Assembly (NCBI GenBank): GCA_016786615.1
Contig: JAEUVX010000014.1
Location: 167,334 to 231,333, forward strand
DNA length: 64,000 bases
From: Flavipsychrobacter sp.
GTDB lineage: Bacteria; Bacteroidota; Bacteroidia; Chitinophagales; Chitinophagaceae
Reading direction: 5' to 3'
In this document: piece by piece, positions 10,523 to 21,214 of the stretch
Layout: every line of letters starts with the position of its first letter
How positions within the stretch are numbered: position 1 is the first letter of the stretch
The notes under the pieces: model-generated
What the model was told of the DNA's origin: nothing
What the model saw: the letters and a program-made list of their open reading frames with translations, nothing else
Databases searched by the model: none
Position numbers and translations under genes: made by a program

Positions 10523-11365
10523 ATGCGCATCAGATTATTATCAATTATACTATTAATAGGACTCATACCCAATATCGTAGCTGCTAACGCTAATAAGATA
10601 ACAAAAATTGTGCTGGATGCCGGACACGGTGGTAAAGATGCAGGAGCTAAAGGACAGTTCTCCCTCGAAAAAGAGCTGACATTAGCTATTGTAAAACGAT
10701 TGGGGAAAATGATTAATGATAGTATGCGCGGTGTGCAGGTGATATATACCCGTACCACCGACGAATATCCGTTATTGCCCGAACGACACAGGATAGCCAA
10801 TGAATCGAAAGGTGATGTATTTATATCGGTACACATCAACTCTTCAGCTATGAAAAAGCACAGGGAACTTGTAGGATATAAAACGGTGAAGAAGGGCAAA
10901 AAAAAGATGAAGCAGCCTATTTACAAGGTTACATACAATAATGTAACGACTGCTACCGGTACGGAAAGCTATGTGCTGGGGCTTCATCGCAACTCTCAGA
11001 AGGAAAGCGCTATCGGCGAATATGGAGAAACGGTGGCTGAAGAACCGGGTATGTTAAATGAAAACGACCCTATGACATCTATTATAATAGCACAATACGC
11101 ACAGGCATTCCTTACTCGTAGCGTGTTATTGGGTACTAAAATTCAGCAACAGTTTGAATGGCAGGGGCGTAGCAGCAGAGGTGTTATGCAGAAAGGCCTT
11201 GAAGTATTGGCAGGTAGTGCAATGCCGGGTGTGCTTGTAGAGTGTGGCTACATCAATAACCCCGAAGAAGAAGTATATATGAACTCGGAACAGGGACAAT
11301 ATGAGATAGCATTGGCAATATACAAGGGTATAAAAGCCTACAAAGCCGAAATGGAAAACAAGTAA
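10523..11365 (+). CDS. N-acetylmuramoyl-L-alanine amidase (Amidase_3)
   Basis: LDAGHGGKD, EKEL, FISVHIN and LVECGY zinc/catalytic motifs; signal peptide. Confidence 0.92.
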   Translation: MRIRLLSIILLIGLIPNIVAANANKITKIVLDAGHGGKDAGAKGQFSLEKELTLAIVKRLGKMINDSMRGVQVIYTRTTDEYPLLPERHRIANESKGDVFISVHINSSAMKKHRELVGYKTVKKGKKKMKQPIYKVTYNNVTTATGTESYVLGLHRNSQKESAIGEYGETVAEEPGMLNENDPMTSIIIAQYAQAFLTRSVLLGTKIQQQFEWQGRSSRGVMQKGLEVLAGSAMPGVLVECGYINNPEEEVYMNSEQGQYEIALAIYKGIKAYKAEMENK

Positions 11366-11496
11366 ATATATCTTTGTTTAATATTTTAAACTGCGCGTTA
11401 ATAGGCAATTGCAGGCTAAATACTGAAATTTAACAAGCTGTTGCATTTTAGAATTGTTTCCTTTATCTTTAAGCTTCGATAAAATATAAAGAGCTA

Positions 11497-12051
11497 ATGA
11501 AAGCCCGTTTAAAGACTATTGCTTTTTCTGCATTATTTGCAATTGCAGCGTTCGTATCAGTAACATATTCATCTTGTAACAGCGATAAGTGTAAAGCCAT
11601 CGTTTGTGCTTATGGTGGTGTTTGTAAAGATGGTGCATGTATCTGCGCGGCAGGTTATGAGGGTACTCAATGCGAAATTGTAAGCAGGGATAAGTATAAA
11701 GGCGTATGGAATGTATTTGAAAAAGGTACATATACTACTACTACTCAGTATCAGGTAAGTGTTGAAAATGGTGCTGATATGACCAGAATGGTGATATATG
11801 GCTTTTATAACAACATCAATAACGGCGTTAATATCCGTATAAACGGCGATGAAGTTACTATACCTATTCAGGTGGTAGAAGGTAACGGTGGCGTTAAATA
11901 TGAAATTCAAGGTACAGGAACGTTGAAATACGAAGCATATTATGCTAAGCATGGCGAAATGACTATGAGGTACACTATTAAAGATTTATCTACGGGTCAG
12001 ACAGACGATTTCGGTGTGAATATTGGTGAAGCTTCAGTTTGGACTAAATAA
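11497..12051 (+). CDS. Lipoprotein with EGF-like six-cysteine domain
   Basis: Lipobox TYSSC followed by CKAIVCAYGGVCKDGACICAAGYEGTQC. Confidence 0.75.
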   Translation: MKARLKTIAFSALFAIAAFVSVTYSSCNSDKCKAIVCAYGGVCKDGACICAAGYEGTQCEIVSRDKYKGVWNVFEKGTYTTTTQYQVSVENGADMTRMVIYGFYNNINNGVNIRINGDEVTIPIQVVEGNGGVKYEIQGTGTLKYEAYYAKHGEMTMRYTIKDLSTGQTDDFGVNIGEASVWTK

Positions 12052-12071
12052 TTCCGGCTCTCAACTTATAG

Positions 12072-12099
12072 ATAAAGCCTCGCTATTGCGAGGCTTTAT
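12072..12099. terminator. Bidirectional terminator
   Basis: ATAAAGCCTCGC-TATT-GCGAGGCTTTAT. Confidence 0.85.
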
Positions 12100-12116
12100 T
12101 ATTTACACAAATATCG

Positions 12117-13088
12117 TTATCGATTCAAGAGTAATAAATCAGCTAACGCAATTGCCGCTGCGGCTTCTGTTACTACAGGTACACGTAGTGCAATACACAG
12201 GTCGTGCCTGCCTTTTACTGCAAAAGGTTCTACCTGCTGTGTTTTGTTGTTCCATGTCTGCTGCTCTTTTGGGGTGCTGCTGGTAGGTTTTACAGCTATT
12301 CGGAAGATCTGTTCATTACCATTTGTAATGCCGCCGTTAATACCTCCTGCATTATTTGTTGCTGTTGTCCCGTCAGCATCAATGATAGCGTCATTGTGTT
12401 CGCTTCCTTTCATTTTTGCAGCACCGAAACCACTGCCAAATTCTATACCTTTTATTGCAGGAATAGAAAATACGATGTGGCTGATTAATGATTCTGCTGA
12501 ATCAAAAAACGGTTCTCCTAATCCTGTAGGTAATCCTTTTACTGAACAACTTACTATCCCGCCTATGCTATCCTGTTCTTCTACAGCTTTTTGTATAGCG
12601 GCTTCTATATCTGTATTTCCTCCGGCCTCAATTAATTGTGCGATAATTGAAATGTCTTTCAATACTTTTTTTGCTACTACACCTGCTGCTACAAGGCAAA
12701 GTGTCAATCTGCCCGAGGAGTGACCACCACCACGATAGTCGTTATAACCATCAAATTTTTTATGAAGTACAAAGTCTGCATGCCCCGGGCGTGGTGTATC
12801 GCGCAGAGCCTCGTAATCTGCAGAGCGTGTATTGTTATTTCGGAATATGATTGTGATGGGTGCGCCTGTGGTTGCGTTGTTGAATACACCGCTCAATATT
12901 TCAGGTATATCATCTTCTTTGCGTGGCGTAGTGCCTGCTGCGCCTGCTTTGCGGCGTTCTGTGTCTTTTTCAAAATCTGCTTGAGATAATGGAATACCTG
13001 CAGGACAACCATCGATTGTCACTCCTACGGCAGGTCCGTGAGATTCGCCGAAAATGTGTACCCGGAATATCCGCCCGAAACTATTCAT
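12117..13088 (-). CDS. aroC: Chorismate synthase
   Basis: GESHGPAVG, RPGHAD, GGGHSSGR, KPTSS and GRHD motifs. Confidence 0.95.
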   Translation of the reverse strand: MNSFGRIFRVHIFGESHGPAVGVTIDGCPAGIPLSQADFEKDTERRKAGAAGTTPRKEDDIPEILSGVFNNATTGAPITIIFRNNNTRSADYEALRDTPRPGHADFVLHKKFDGYNDYRGGGHSSGRLTLCLVAAGVVAKKVLKDISIIAQLIEAGGNTDIEAAIQKAVEEQDSIGGIVSCSVKGLPTGLGEPFFDSAESLISHIVFSIPAIKGIEFGSGFGAAKMKGSEHNDAIIDADGTTATNNAGGINGGITNGNEQIFRIAVKPTSSTPKEQQTWNNKTQQVEPFAVKGRHDLCIALRVPVVTEAAAAIALADLLLLNR

Positions 13089-14301
13089 AGTTCAAATTAC
13101 ATTTTACACCCAAAGCAGCCAAGTCTTTAAAGAAATCAGGATAAGATTTTGATACTGCTTCTGCATGATTTATGATAACATCACCATCAGCATAAAATGC
13201 AGCTACAGCTGCAGCCATTACTATACGGTGGTCGTTGTAGCTTTCTACAGTGCAATTTTTAAATTGTTGTACGCCTGTTATCTTAATTGTATTTTCTTCA
13301 ACATTACATTCAACTCCAAGATTGTTTAGCAATGCCGTAGTGCTTGTTATGCGGTTGCTTTCTTTGTGTATCAATCTATTGATGCCATGTATATTGCTGG
13401 AGCCACTACAAGTGCCTGCATACACGGCAAGTATCGGTATCAAATCAGGGCAGTCAGTTGCATCAAAATTGAAAGCATTTCTGTCTTTGTTTACTACTTG
13501 CAAAATGGCACTGTCTGCCTGTAGCGACGAAGTGTTAAGATTCTTGATATCAATACCACCTGCCATTGCATCAGCTACTACAAAATTGCTTGCCGCACTC
13601 CAGTCGGCTTCAATAGTTATCTCAACATAGTCGTGCAATGCAGGTTGCGGATGAATGGTAAAGCTTTCGTAATTATTATTAGTGATGTTTTTACCAAACC
13701 TGCGCAATACATCAAGTGTAAGGTCTGTATATGGTTTGCTGTTCAGATGATTAACTGTTAGCGTAACCGTTTCCTTTGCGGAGAATGTGTAAGCAAATAA
13801 CATCCCTGTAAGGAATTGAGAGCTAACTGATCCATCTATGCTGATGTCTTTAGGATGTAGTGGACCTTTGATTGAAATGGGTAAGTAATCGTTGTTGCTT
13901 GTAATATTTACACCAAGCTGTGGTAATGTATGGGTAAGTACATCCATTGGCCGGGTTAATAAACTGCCTGCACCCGTAATAGTTAATTGTTGATGAAACA
14001 ATGCAGCGATAGGTATAAACAGTCGCGCAGACAAGCCACTTTCATGGCAACTTATAATGTCATCAGCAGGGTTAATGCCATGAGATGTTATTTCAATATA
14101 GTTCTTTGTTTGTGTGATATGTGCCCCCAATTGCCTGATGATAGTAAGTGCAGCTTTATCATCATCAGAGATGCCGGGATTATTAACAATAGTTTTACCG
14201 GTGTGCAGTAATGCAGCAGCGCATGCCCGTTGCATCATGCTTTTGGATGCAGGTGGGGTAATGCTCCCAGCAGGTTTTCCGGGGCTAATTATTGCCTGCA
14301 T
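13081..14301 (-). CDS. aroA: 3-phosphoshikimate 1-carboxyvinyltransferase (EPSP synthase)
   Basis: PASKS, ESGLSAR, SSQF, KESNR, DHRIVM and KSYPDF motifs. ATG 14301 overlaps the end of aroB. Confidence 0.92.
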   Translation of the reverse strand: MQAIISPGKPAGSITPPASKSMMQRACAAALLHTGKTIVNNPGISDDDKAALTIIRQLGAHITQTKNYIEITSHGINPADDIISCHESGLSARLFIPIAALFHQQLTITGAGSLLTRPMDVLTHTLPQLGVNITSNNDYLPISIKGPLHPKDISIDGSVSSQFLTGMLFAYTFSAKETVTLTVNHLNSKPYTDLTLDVLRRFGKNITNNNYESFTIHPQPALHDYVEITIEADWSAASNFVVADAMAGGIDIKNLNTSSLQADSAILQVVNKDRNAFNFDATDCPDLIPILAVYAGTCSGSSNIHGINRLIHKESNRITSTTALLNNLGVECNVEENTIKITGVQQFKNCTVESYNDHRIVMAAAVAAFYADGDVIINHAEAVSKSYPDFFKDLAALGVKCNLNYE

Positions 14302-15322
14302 CTGAAAAATTATTGAGTGCGTTTTTAATATTTTCAAATGGCAATGGTTTTATAAAAGCATTGCCGATATTATTCAGTACTATATAGTCTATTGCATTAT
14401 TACTGCGCTTTTTGTCCATCACCAGTATGTCCATCAGTTGCTCTGTGTGTAGCTTCAGCGATGCGGGTAGTTTATATCGCTGCAACACATCAATCAATTG
14501 TTTTTTCACATCCGGGTTCAGTCCGCATTCTTTTTCCGATATACTGCAGGCAATTAACATTCCTAATGCTACAGCCTGTCCGTGTGGCAGGTTGTAAAGG
14601 GTTTCAATAGCGTGTCCTGCTGTATGTCCGAAGTTGAGTAGTTTTCGTACACCGCTCTCTTTTTCATCTTCGGTTACTGTTTTGTTTTTCCAGTTTACGC
14701 AGCGTTGTATCAGCTCATTCAATGGTTTTGCATTGTCTTTATAATAGCTGACAGTATGCTTCGCTAATTCTGCAAACAATGCTGCATCAAATATGCACCC
14801 GTATTTTATGATTTCTGCAAAGCCGTTGCTCCATTCCGTATCAGCTAATGTTTGCAGCAGTTCCGCATCAAACAGGATAAAAGAAGGCTGCCTGATGGTG
14901 CCGAGCATATTTTTATGCAGTCCGTAGTTGACTCCGTTTTTCCCACCGATGGAGGCATCTACCATTGCAAGTAGTGTAGTAGGCACAAACCCGAATGGTA
15001 TGCCGCGCATATATATACTTGCTACATAACCTGTAATGTCGGTAACCATGCCACCGCCAAGTCCTATCAATGTGGTTTTCTTATGAGCTTTGAAATCCAG
15101 TAATTGTTCTGTTATTGAGTTGACGGTTTGTTGTGTTTTATGTTCTTCGCCTGCAGGGATGATAATAGTTCGGTATGCACCTATTACCGGTTGATATAGC
15201 GTTGCAACATTACTGTCAGTAATGATAATGCTGCTTTCTGCCGGGGCTTTTTTCAATAAGTTTTTAATGCCCGAAAAGCTGTATTGCACCGTATCTGTAG
15301 GGAAACTGACGTTATATTCCAT
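14285..15322 (-). CDS. aroB: 3-dehydroquinate synthase
   Basis: GEEHK, GGGMVTD, PTTLLAMVDASIGGKNG and NFGHT motifs. ATG at 15322. Confidence 0.95.
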   Translation of the reverse strand: MEYNVSFPTDTVQYSFSGIKNLLKKAPAESSIIITDSNVATLYQPVIGAYRTIIIPAGEEHKTQQTVNSITEQLLDFKAHKKTTLIGLGGGMVTDITGYVASIYMRGIPFGFVPTTLLAMVDASIGGKNGVNYGLHKNMLGTIRQPSFILFDAELLQTLADTEWSNGFAEIIKYGCIFDAALFAELAKHTVSYYKDNAKPLNELIQRCVNWKNKTVTEDEKESGVRKLLNFGHTAGHAIETLYNLPHGQAVALGMLIACSISEKECGLNPDVKKQLIDVLQRYKLPASLKLHTEQLMDILVMDKKRSNNAIDYIVLNNIGNAFIKPLPFENIKNALNNFSDAGNN

Positions 15323-15412
15323 CTGTAAGCCAAAAATAACCCTTATCAGCTTAAATAATAAGCAGGTACGCAATATCTATGGCGGCAGGCTGTGTGTAAG
15401 TTCGCTAATTCG

Positions 15413-15420
15413 TACCTTTG
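15413..15420 (+). promoter_or_regulatory. Bacteroidota sigma-A -7 element upstream of mnmA
   Basis: TACCTTTG matches TAnnTTTG, 9 nt before ATG 15430. Confidence 0.65.
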
Positions 15421-15429
15421 CGCTTCTTT

Positions 15430-16530
15430 ATGAGCAGGAACGGAAAAGTATTGGTGGCGATGAGTGGCGGTATTGACAGTACCGTAACAGCATTGATGCT
15501 TCATAACCAGGGTTATGAGGTAGTGGGGATTACTATGAAGACATGGGATTATGCATCTTCCGGAGGTGGCAAGAAGGAGACGGGTTGTTGCAATCTGGAT
15601 TCTTTCAATGATGCCCGTCAGGCGGCGGTTGACCATGGCTTTCCGCATTATGTATTAGATATCAGAGATGAGTTTGGTGATTCTGTTATCAACAATTTTG
15701 TTGATGAGTATTTGGCAGGCCGTACACCAAATCCTTGCGTGCTTTGTAATACACACATCAAATGGTCGGCATTGCTGAAGCGTGCCAATGCGCTGGGTTG
15801 CGATTTTATTGCAACAGGCCACTATGTAAAAGTGCGTGAAGAGAACAGTCGTTTTGTACTGTCAAAAGCAAAAGACCTGACCAAAGACCAGAGTTATGTG
15901 CTTTGGGGCCTGGGGCAGGATTGCCTGAGCCGCAGCATCTACCCGTTGGGTGATTATCTGAAAACAGAAGTTCGCCAACTGGCATTCGACATGGGTTATA
16001 AAGAGCTTTCTAAAAAAGCAGAAAGCTATGAGATATGTTTTGTGCCCGATAACGATTATCGCGGCTTCCTGAAGCGTAATGTAGAAGGGCTGGAAGAGCG
16101 CGTGGATGGTGGCAATTTCGTATTGGCAGATGGCAAAGTGGTGGGCAAGCATAAAGGTTATCCTTTCTACACCATCGGCCAACGCAAAGGGTTGGATATA
16201 GCATTGGGCAAACCGATGTTCGTTACACAAATCATCCCTGAAACAAATACGGTAGTACTGGGCGAGGCAGATGAATTGCAACAGTCTGAAATGTTTGTAA
16301 GCGGGCTGAACTGGGTAAAGTATGAAGGCATACAGGATGGTATGGAAGCAACTACCAAAATCCGCTATAAAGACCCCGGTTCAATAAGTCATATATTTAA
16401 TGAAGGCGATGGCATTCGTGTATCTTTCGACCATGCGGTGAACAGCATAGCACCCGGGCAGTCTGCGGTAGTATATGATGGCGATGATGTGATAGCAGGT
16501 GGTATCATTCGCAGAGGGTATAATAACTAA
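15430..16530 (+). CDS. mnmA: tRNA-specific 2-thiouridylase
   Basis: AMSGGIDS, TPNPCVLCN, ATGHY, KDQSY, ICF and APGQ motifs. Confidence 0.96.
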   Translation: MSRNGKVLVAMSGGIDSTVTALMLHNQGYEVVGITMKTWDYASSGGGKKETGCCNLDSFNDARQAAVDHGFPHYVLDIRDEFGDSVINNFVDEYLAGRTPNPCVLCNTHIKWSALLKRANALGCDFIATGHYVKVREENSRFVLSKAKDLTKDQSYVLWGLGQDCLSRSIYPLGDYLKTEVRQLAFDMGYKELSKKAESYEICFVPDNDYRGFLKRNVEGLEERVDGGNFVLADGKVVGKHKGYPFYTIGQRKGLDIALGKPMFVTQIIPETNTVVLGEADELQQSEMFVSGLNWVKYEGIQDGMEATTKIRYKDPGSISHIFNEGDGIRVSFDHAVNSIAPGQSAVVYDGDDVIAGGIIRRGYNN

Positions 16531-16554
16531 GAAAAGATTGAAGAACTATAGTGA

Positions 16555-16586
16555 AACGCAGGGCTTTAGCCTTGCGTTCTTCTTTT
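16555..16586 (+). terminator. Intrinsic terminator after mnmA
   Basis: AACGCAGGGCT-TT-AGCCTTGCGTT followed by CTTCTTTT. Confidence 0.7.
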
Positions 16587-16608
16587 AACATAAAAAATAT
16601 CTGTTTAG

Positions 16609-17937
<1,329 letters not shown>

Positions 17938-17985
17938 TTGTTTGGAAGCTGTAATTAGGTTAATTTAGTATCGTAAATACTACTG

Positions 17986-18270
17986 ATGAAAAAGGCATTA
18001 GGAATACTCACAAATAAATTTGTACTGACGGCAATAGCTTTCGGTGTATGGATGTTCTTTTTTGATCAGAATGATATTCGTTCTATGCAGGAACGTAAAC
18101 AGGAACTGCAGGGTACTAAAGACAATATTGCATACCTGAATAACGAGATAGCTAAAATGGAACGCGAACATGATGATATGATCGGCAGCCCGCAAAAGCT
18201 GGAACAGTATGCACGTGAGCAATACCTGATGAAGCGGGACAATGAAGATGTATATGTAATCGAAAAATAA
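17986..18270 (+). CDS. Septum formation initiator (FtsB/DivIC family)
   Basis: One TM, a coiled coil and the EQYAREQYLMK motif; typical position after eno. Confidence 0.85.
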   Translation: MKKALGILTNKFVLTAIAFGVWMFFFDQNDIRSMQERKQELQGTKDNIAYLNNEIAKMEREHDDMIGSPQKLEQYAREQYLMKRDNEDVYVIEK

Positions 18271-18287
18271 TTGTTACACAACAACAT

Positions 18288-18318
18288 AAAAAAGCCCCGA
18301 ATTACTTTGGGGCTTTTT
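18288..18318. terminator. Bidirectional terminator
   Basis: AAAAAAGCCCCGA-ATTACT-TTGGGGCTTTTT. Confidence 0.8.
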
Positions 18319-18321
18319 CTT

Positions 18322-19488
18322 TTATAGCTTTCTGCGTTTTATTTCTTTGTTGATGAGCGATAGCTCCCGTCCTGTTTGTCCGGCAACGGAAGTATTCTCC
18401 TGTGCGCGGCGCATCAGGTAGGGGATAACATCTTTCACAGGACCATAAGGCAGGTACTTAGCTACATTGTATCCATTATCTGCAAGGTTGAAAGAGATAT
18501 TGTCGCTCATGCCGAATAGCTGAGAAAAATATACTTTAGGTGTATTATGGGCGATATTGTGATCTACCATGTACCTGGCAGCCAGCAGGCAACTGTTTTC
18601 ATTATGTGTACCTATAAAGAGGGCTATTTTATCCAGTCTCTCCATGCAAAACAATACACCCGCATCATAGTCCCTGTCGGTGCTGGCTTTATCAGGTTGT
18701 ATCGGAGAAGCGTAGCCCATTTTCAACGCCCTTTCGCGTTCTTTTTCCATATATGCGCCACGTACCAGTTTGGCGCCTAATATATATCCCTTGCTGCTGG
18801 ATGCTTTATATGCTTCTTTAAGGTATGGCAATGTGCCATGTGCATACATCTGGAATGTATTGAAGATGATGGCTTTTTCTTTATTGTAAAGTTCCATCAT
18901 GGCATCTGTCAGTTCATTTACAGGTTCCTGTATCCATGTTTCTTCCGCGTCTATCAGTACCATTACATTGCTTTCGTGCGCTGTTTTGCAAATCGTGCTG
19001 ATGCGGTCATACACTCTTGTCCATTCCGCTTGCTCTGCGTCAGAAAGTTGTTGGTTGGCATGTTTCTTTTCAAGTAGCGAAAACCGGGCAAACCCTGTTA
19101 CTTTGAGGCTGATAAAAGGGATGTTTTTTTGAGAAGCTGCGTATTTGATAGCTTTTACAAACTCAGGAACAGCCTTGTCAAATTCAGCTTCACCTTCCTT
19201 GCCTTCAACACCATAGTCCATTATAACCCCGACTTGGTATTGCGATAGCATATCGGCAACAGCGGCAGCCTCCTCCATTGTCTCTCCTCCGCAAAACTGT
19301 TTGTAAATAGTGTTTTTTATCAGTCCTTTTATCGGCAGGTTCCATGCCATAGCCCATTTTGTGGCCCACATGCCTAAAGCAGTAAGGGTTGGAGAACCCA
19401 TTGAGGAAAATAAAAACCTGGCTTGTTTTAAATCTCTGTTGGAACGATATCTGAAGGCAATCTCCGTATTGTCAAACTCTGGAAGCAT
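18322..19488 (-). CDS. Proline dehydrogenase (monofunctional)
   Basis: IDAEE, NTFQMY, KLVRGAY, GTHN, QLFGM and YLPYG motifs. Confidence 0.93.
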   Translation of the reverse strand: MLPEFDNTEIAFRYRSNRDLKQARFLFSSMGSPTLTALGMWATKWAMAWNLPIKGLIKNTIYKQFCGGETMEEAAAVADMLSQYQVGVIMDYGVEGKEGEAEFDKAVPEFVKAIKYAASQKNIPFISLKVTGFARFSLLEKKHANQQLSDAEQAEWTRVYDRISTICKTAHESNVMVLIDAEETWIQEPVNELTDAMMELYNKEKAIIFNTFQMYAHGTLPYLKEAYKASSSKGYILGAKLVRGAYMEKERERALKMGYASPIQPDKASTDRDYDAGVLFCMERLDKIALFIGTHNENSCLLAARYMVDHNIAHNTPKVYFSQLFGMSDNISFNLADNGYNVAKYLPYGPVKDVIPYLMRRAQENTSVAGQTGRELSLINKEIKRRKL

Positions 19489-19670
19489 ATATATTATTAA
19501 CTGCGCAAAAATAAACTGTATTTCCCGCTAAAAGAAACCCGTTTTATTGTCATGCTACTGTATAAATATTGAAAAATATGCTCACCCCGATAATTTTGGC
19601 AAATTTTTTGGGTTATAGTTCATAGAATTAGCTATTTTTACATCTCTACAATTATTAAAAAAACAACGCA

Positions 19671-21065
19671 ATGAAAAAATTATTTTTACTTATTGCTTCT
19701 TTTGGTTTCACAGCAACAACCTTTGCGCAGTCTGCAAAAGGTGGTAGCATCGTATTCGTACCAGGGGTAGTTAAAGAAGAGGCATCTGCAAGGTTCCCTG
19801 CAGAAAAGCAATTGTCTAAAAGACACAGTTCAAACGCTGCTAACAAAACTACTGCTCCCGGTGGTTCTTGGTTCAGCTATATAGACATCATGTCTTCTAC
19901 AAGCACACAAGGGTATTATTATCCTTTGTATAACGATAGTAACGTAGTTATCACAAGCACATCTGGTGGTGGTAACTTCAATATCAGCACTTTCGGTATG
20001 GGTGTTTCTTTCGACCCTACAGATAGCGTTTACTTCGGTGGTGATGCTAATGGTTCTACAAGTGCAGGTGCTATTCAGGATTTCGCAGCTTTGCCTACTT
20101 TCAGAGTATATAATACTAACGACTACACGATTGATAGTGTTGATTTCCTTGGTAAATACGTTCGTACTCAAAACTATACTGATACCTTGATTATCCAACT
20201 GGCTAAATCTACAGGTACTACCGGTTTTGGCGTGTATTCACTTCAGTTTACTACTGCAGATGCTAATGGTTATGCTATCACTCCTGATGGTAAGCCACGT
20301 TTCACAACTGCTATCTACAACCCTGCTAATAACAGGATTTCAGATTCAGTTACAGCGTCAAACAGGGTTACTATAACTAAAATATTAGATGCAGCTTATT
20401 TCGCTGACTCTAGTTCTAACGGTTATCACAAAACTACATTCGCATTGCCTACAGCAATGAATGTAAGTGCAGGTGAAACAGTTATTGCTTATGTAACATT
20501 CCGTAGCGGTAACGCTTACCCATTGGGTACAAACCAAACTGCTGCTAACACATTCCGTACGTATGCTTACGAAATGACTGGCCAGAACGCTCCTGTTAAA
20601 CAAACAGTTGGTTCTTATACTTCAGGTCTGGTAGCTACAAGGCAGAGCAAATATGTTCCTCCTTATACTTCATTCACATACCAAGGCCACAATGTATTGA
20701 TACCTTCAGTAGCTTATGCTGCCGATGCAGGAAATGACTACCCTTATTTTTCATTGTATGTAAAATGTCCTACATGTCCTACATTAGGTGTTAACAATGT
20801 TAAAAACACTAACATTACTTCAGTTAGCGCGTATCCAAACCCTGCTAACGACGAGGTTAAAGTTAAATTCAACCTGAAAGATGCTGCTAACACAACTGTA
20901 ACTATAGCTAACACTGTAGGTCAGGTTGTAATCAGCAAAAATATGGGTAACGTTAACGCTGGTGAAGCTACATTCTCTACTTCGAACCTTGCAAATGGCG
21001 TTTACTTCTATACTGTAGAAGCTAACGGTCAGCGTACAACAAACCGTTTCGTTGTATCTCACTAA
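19671..21065 (+). CDS. T9SS type A sorting domain protein of unknown function
   Basis: Signal peptide, beta-rich S/T-rich body, C-terminal YPNP...LANGVYFY CTD. Confidence 0.85.
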   Translation: MKKLFLLIASFGFTATTFAQSAKGGSIVFVPGVVKEEASARFPAEKQLSKRHSSNAANKTTAPGGSWFSYIDIMSSTSTQGYYYPLYNDSNVVITSTSGGGNFNISTFGMGVSFDPTDSVYFGGDANGSTSAGAIQDFAALPTFRVYNTNDYTIDSVDFLGKYVRTQNYTDTLIIQLAKSTGTTGFGVYSLQFTTADANGYAITPDGKPRFTTAIYNPANNRISDSVTASNRVTITKILDAAYFADSSSNGYHKTTFALPTAMNVSAGETVIAYVTFRSGNAYPLGTNQTAANTFRTYAYEMTGQNAPVKQTVGSYTSGLVATRQSKYVPPYTSFTYQGHNVLIPSVAYAADAGNDYPYFSLYVKCPTCPTLGVNNVKNTNITSVSAYPNPANDEVKVKFNLKDAANTTVTIANTVGQVVISKNMGNVNAGEATFSTSNLANGVYFYTVEANGQRTTNRFVVSH

Positions 21066-21088
21066 TATTTGTAAAGTTTAATATATTG

Positions 21089-21124
21089 AAAAGGGTAACG
21101 ATTTCGTTACCCTTTTTCTTTTTT
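21089..21124 (+). terminator. Intrinsic terminator
   Basis: AAAAGGGTAACG-ATTT-CGTTACCCTTTT followed by a T-run. Confidence 0.9.
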
Positions 21125-21214
21125 TACAAAACAATAGTTTATTATTGCACACATCCGAAAAACCGCAATGGCGTTTTTGTTGTTGTTTAAATACGAGAAA
21201 AAGAATAACTGAGA

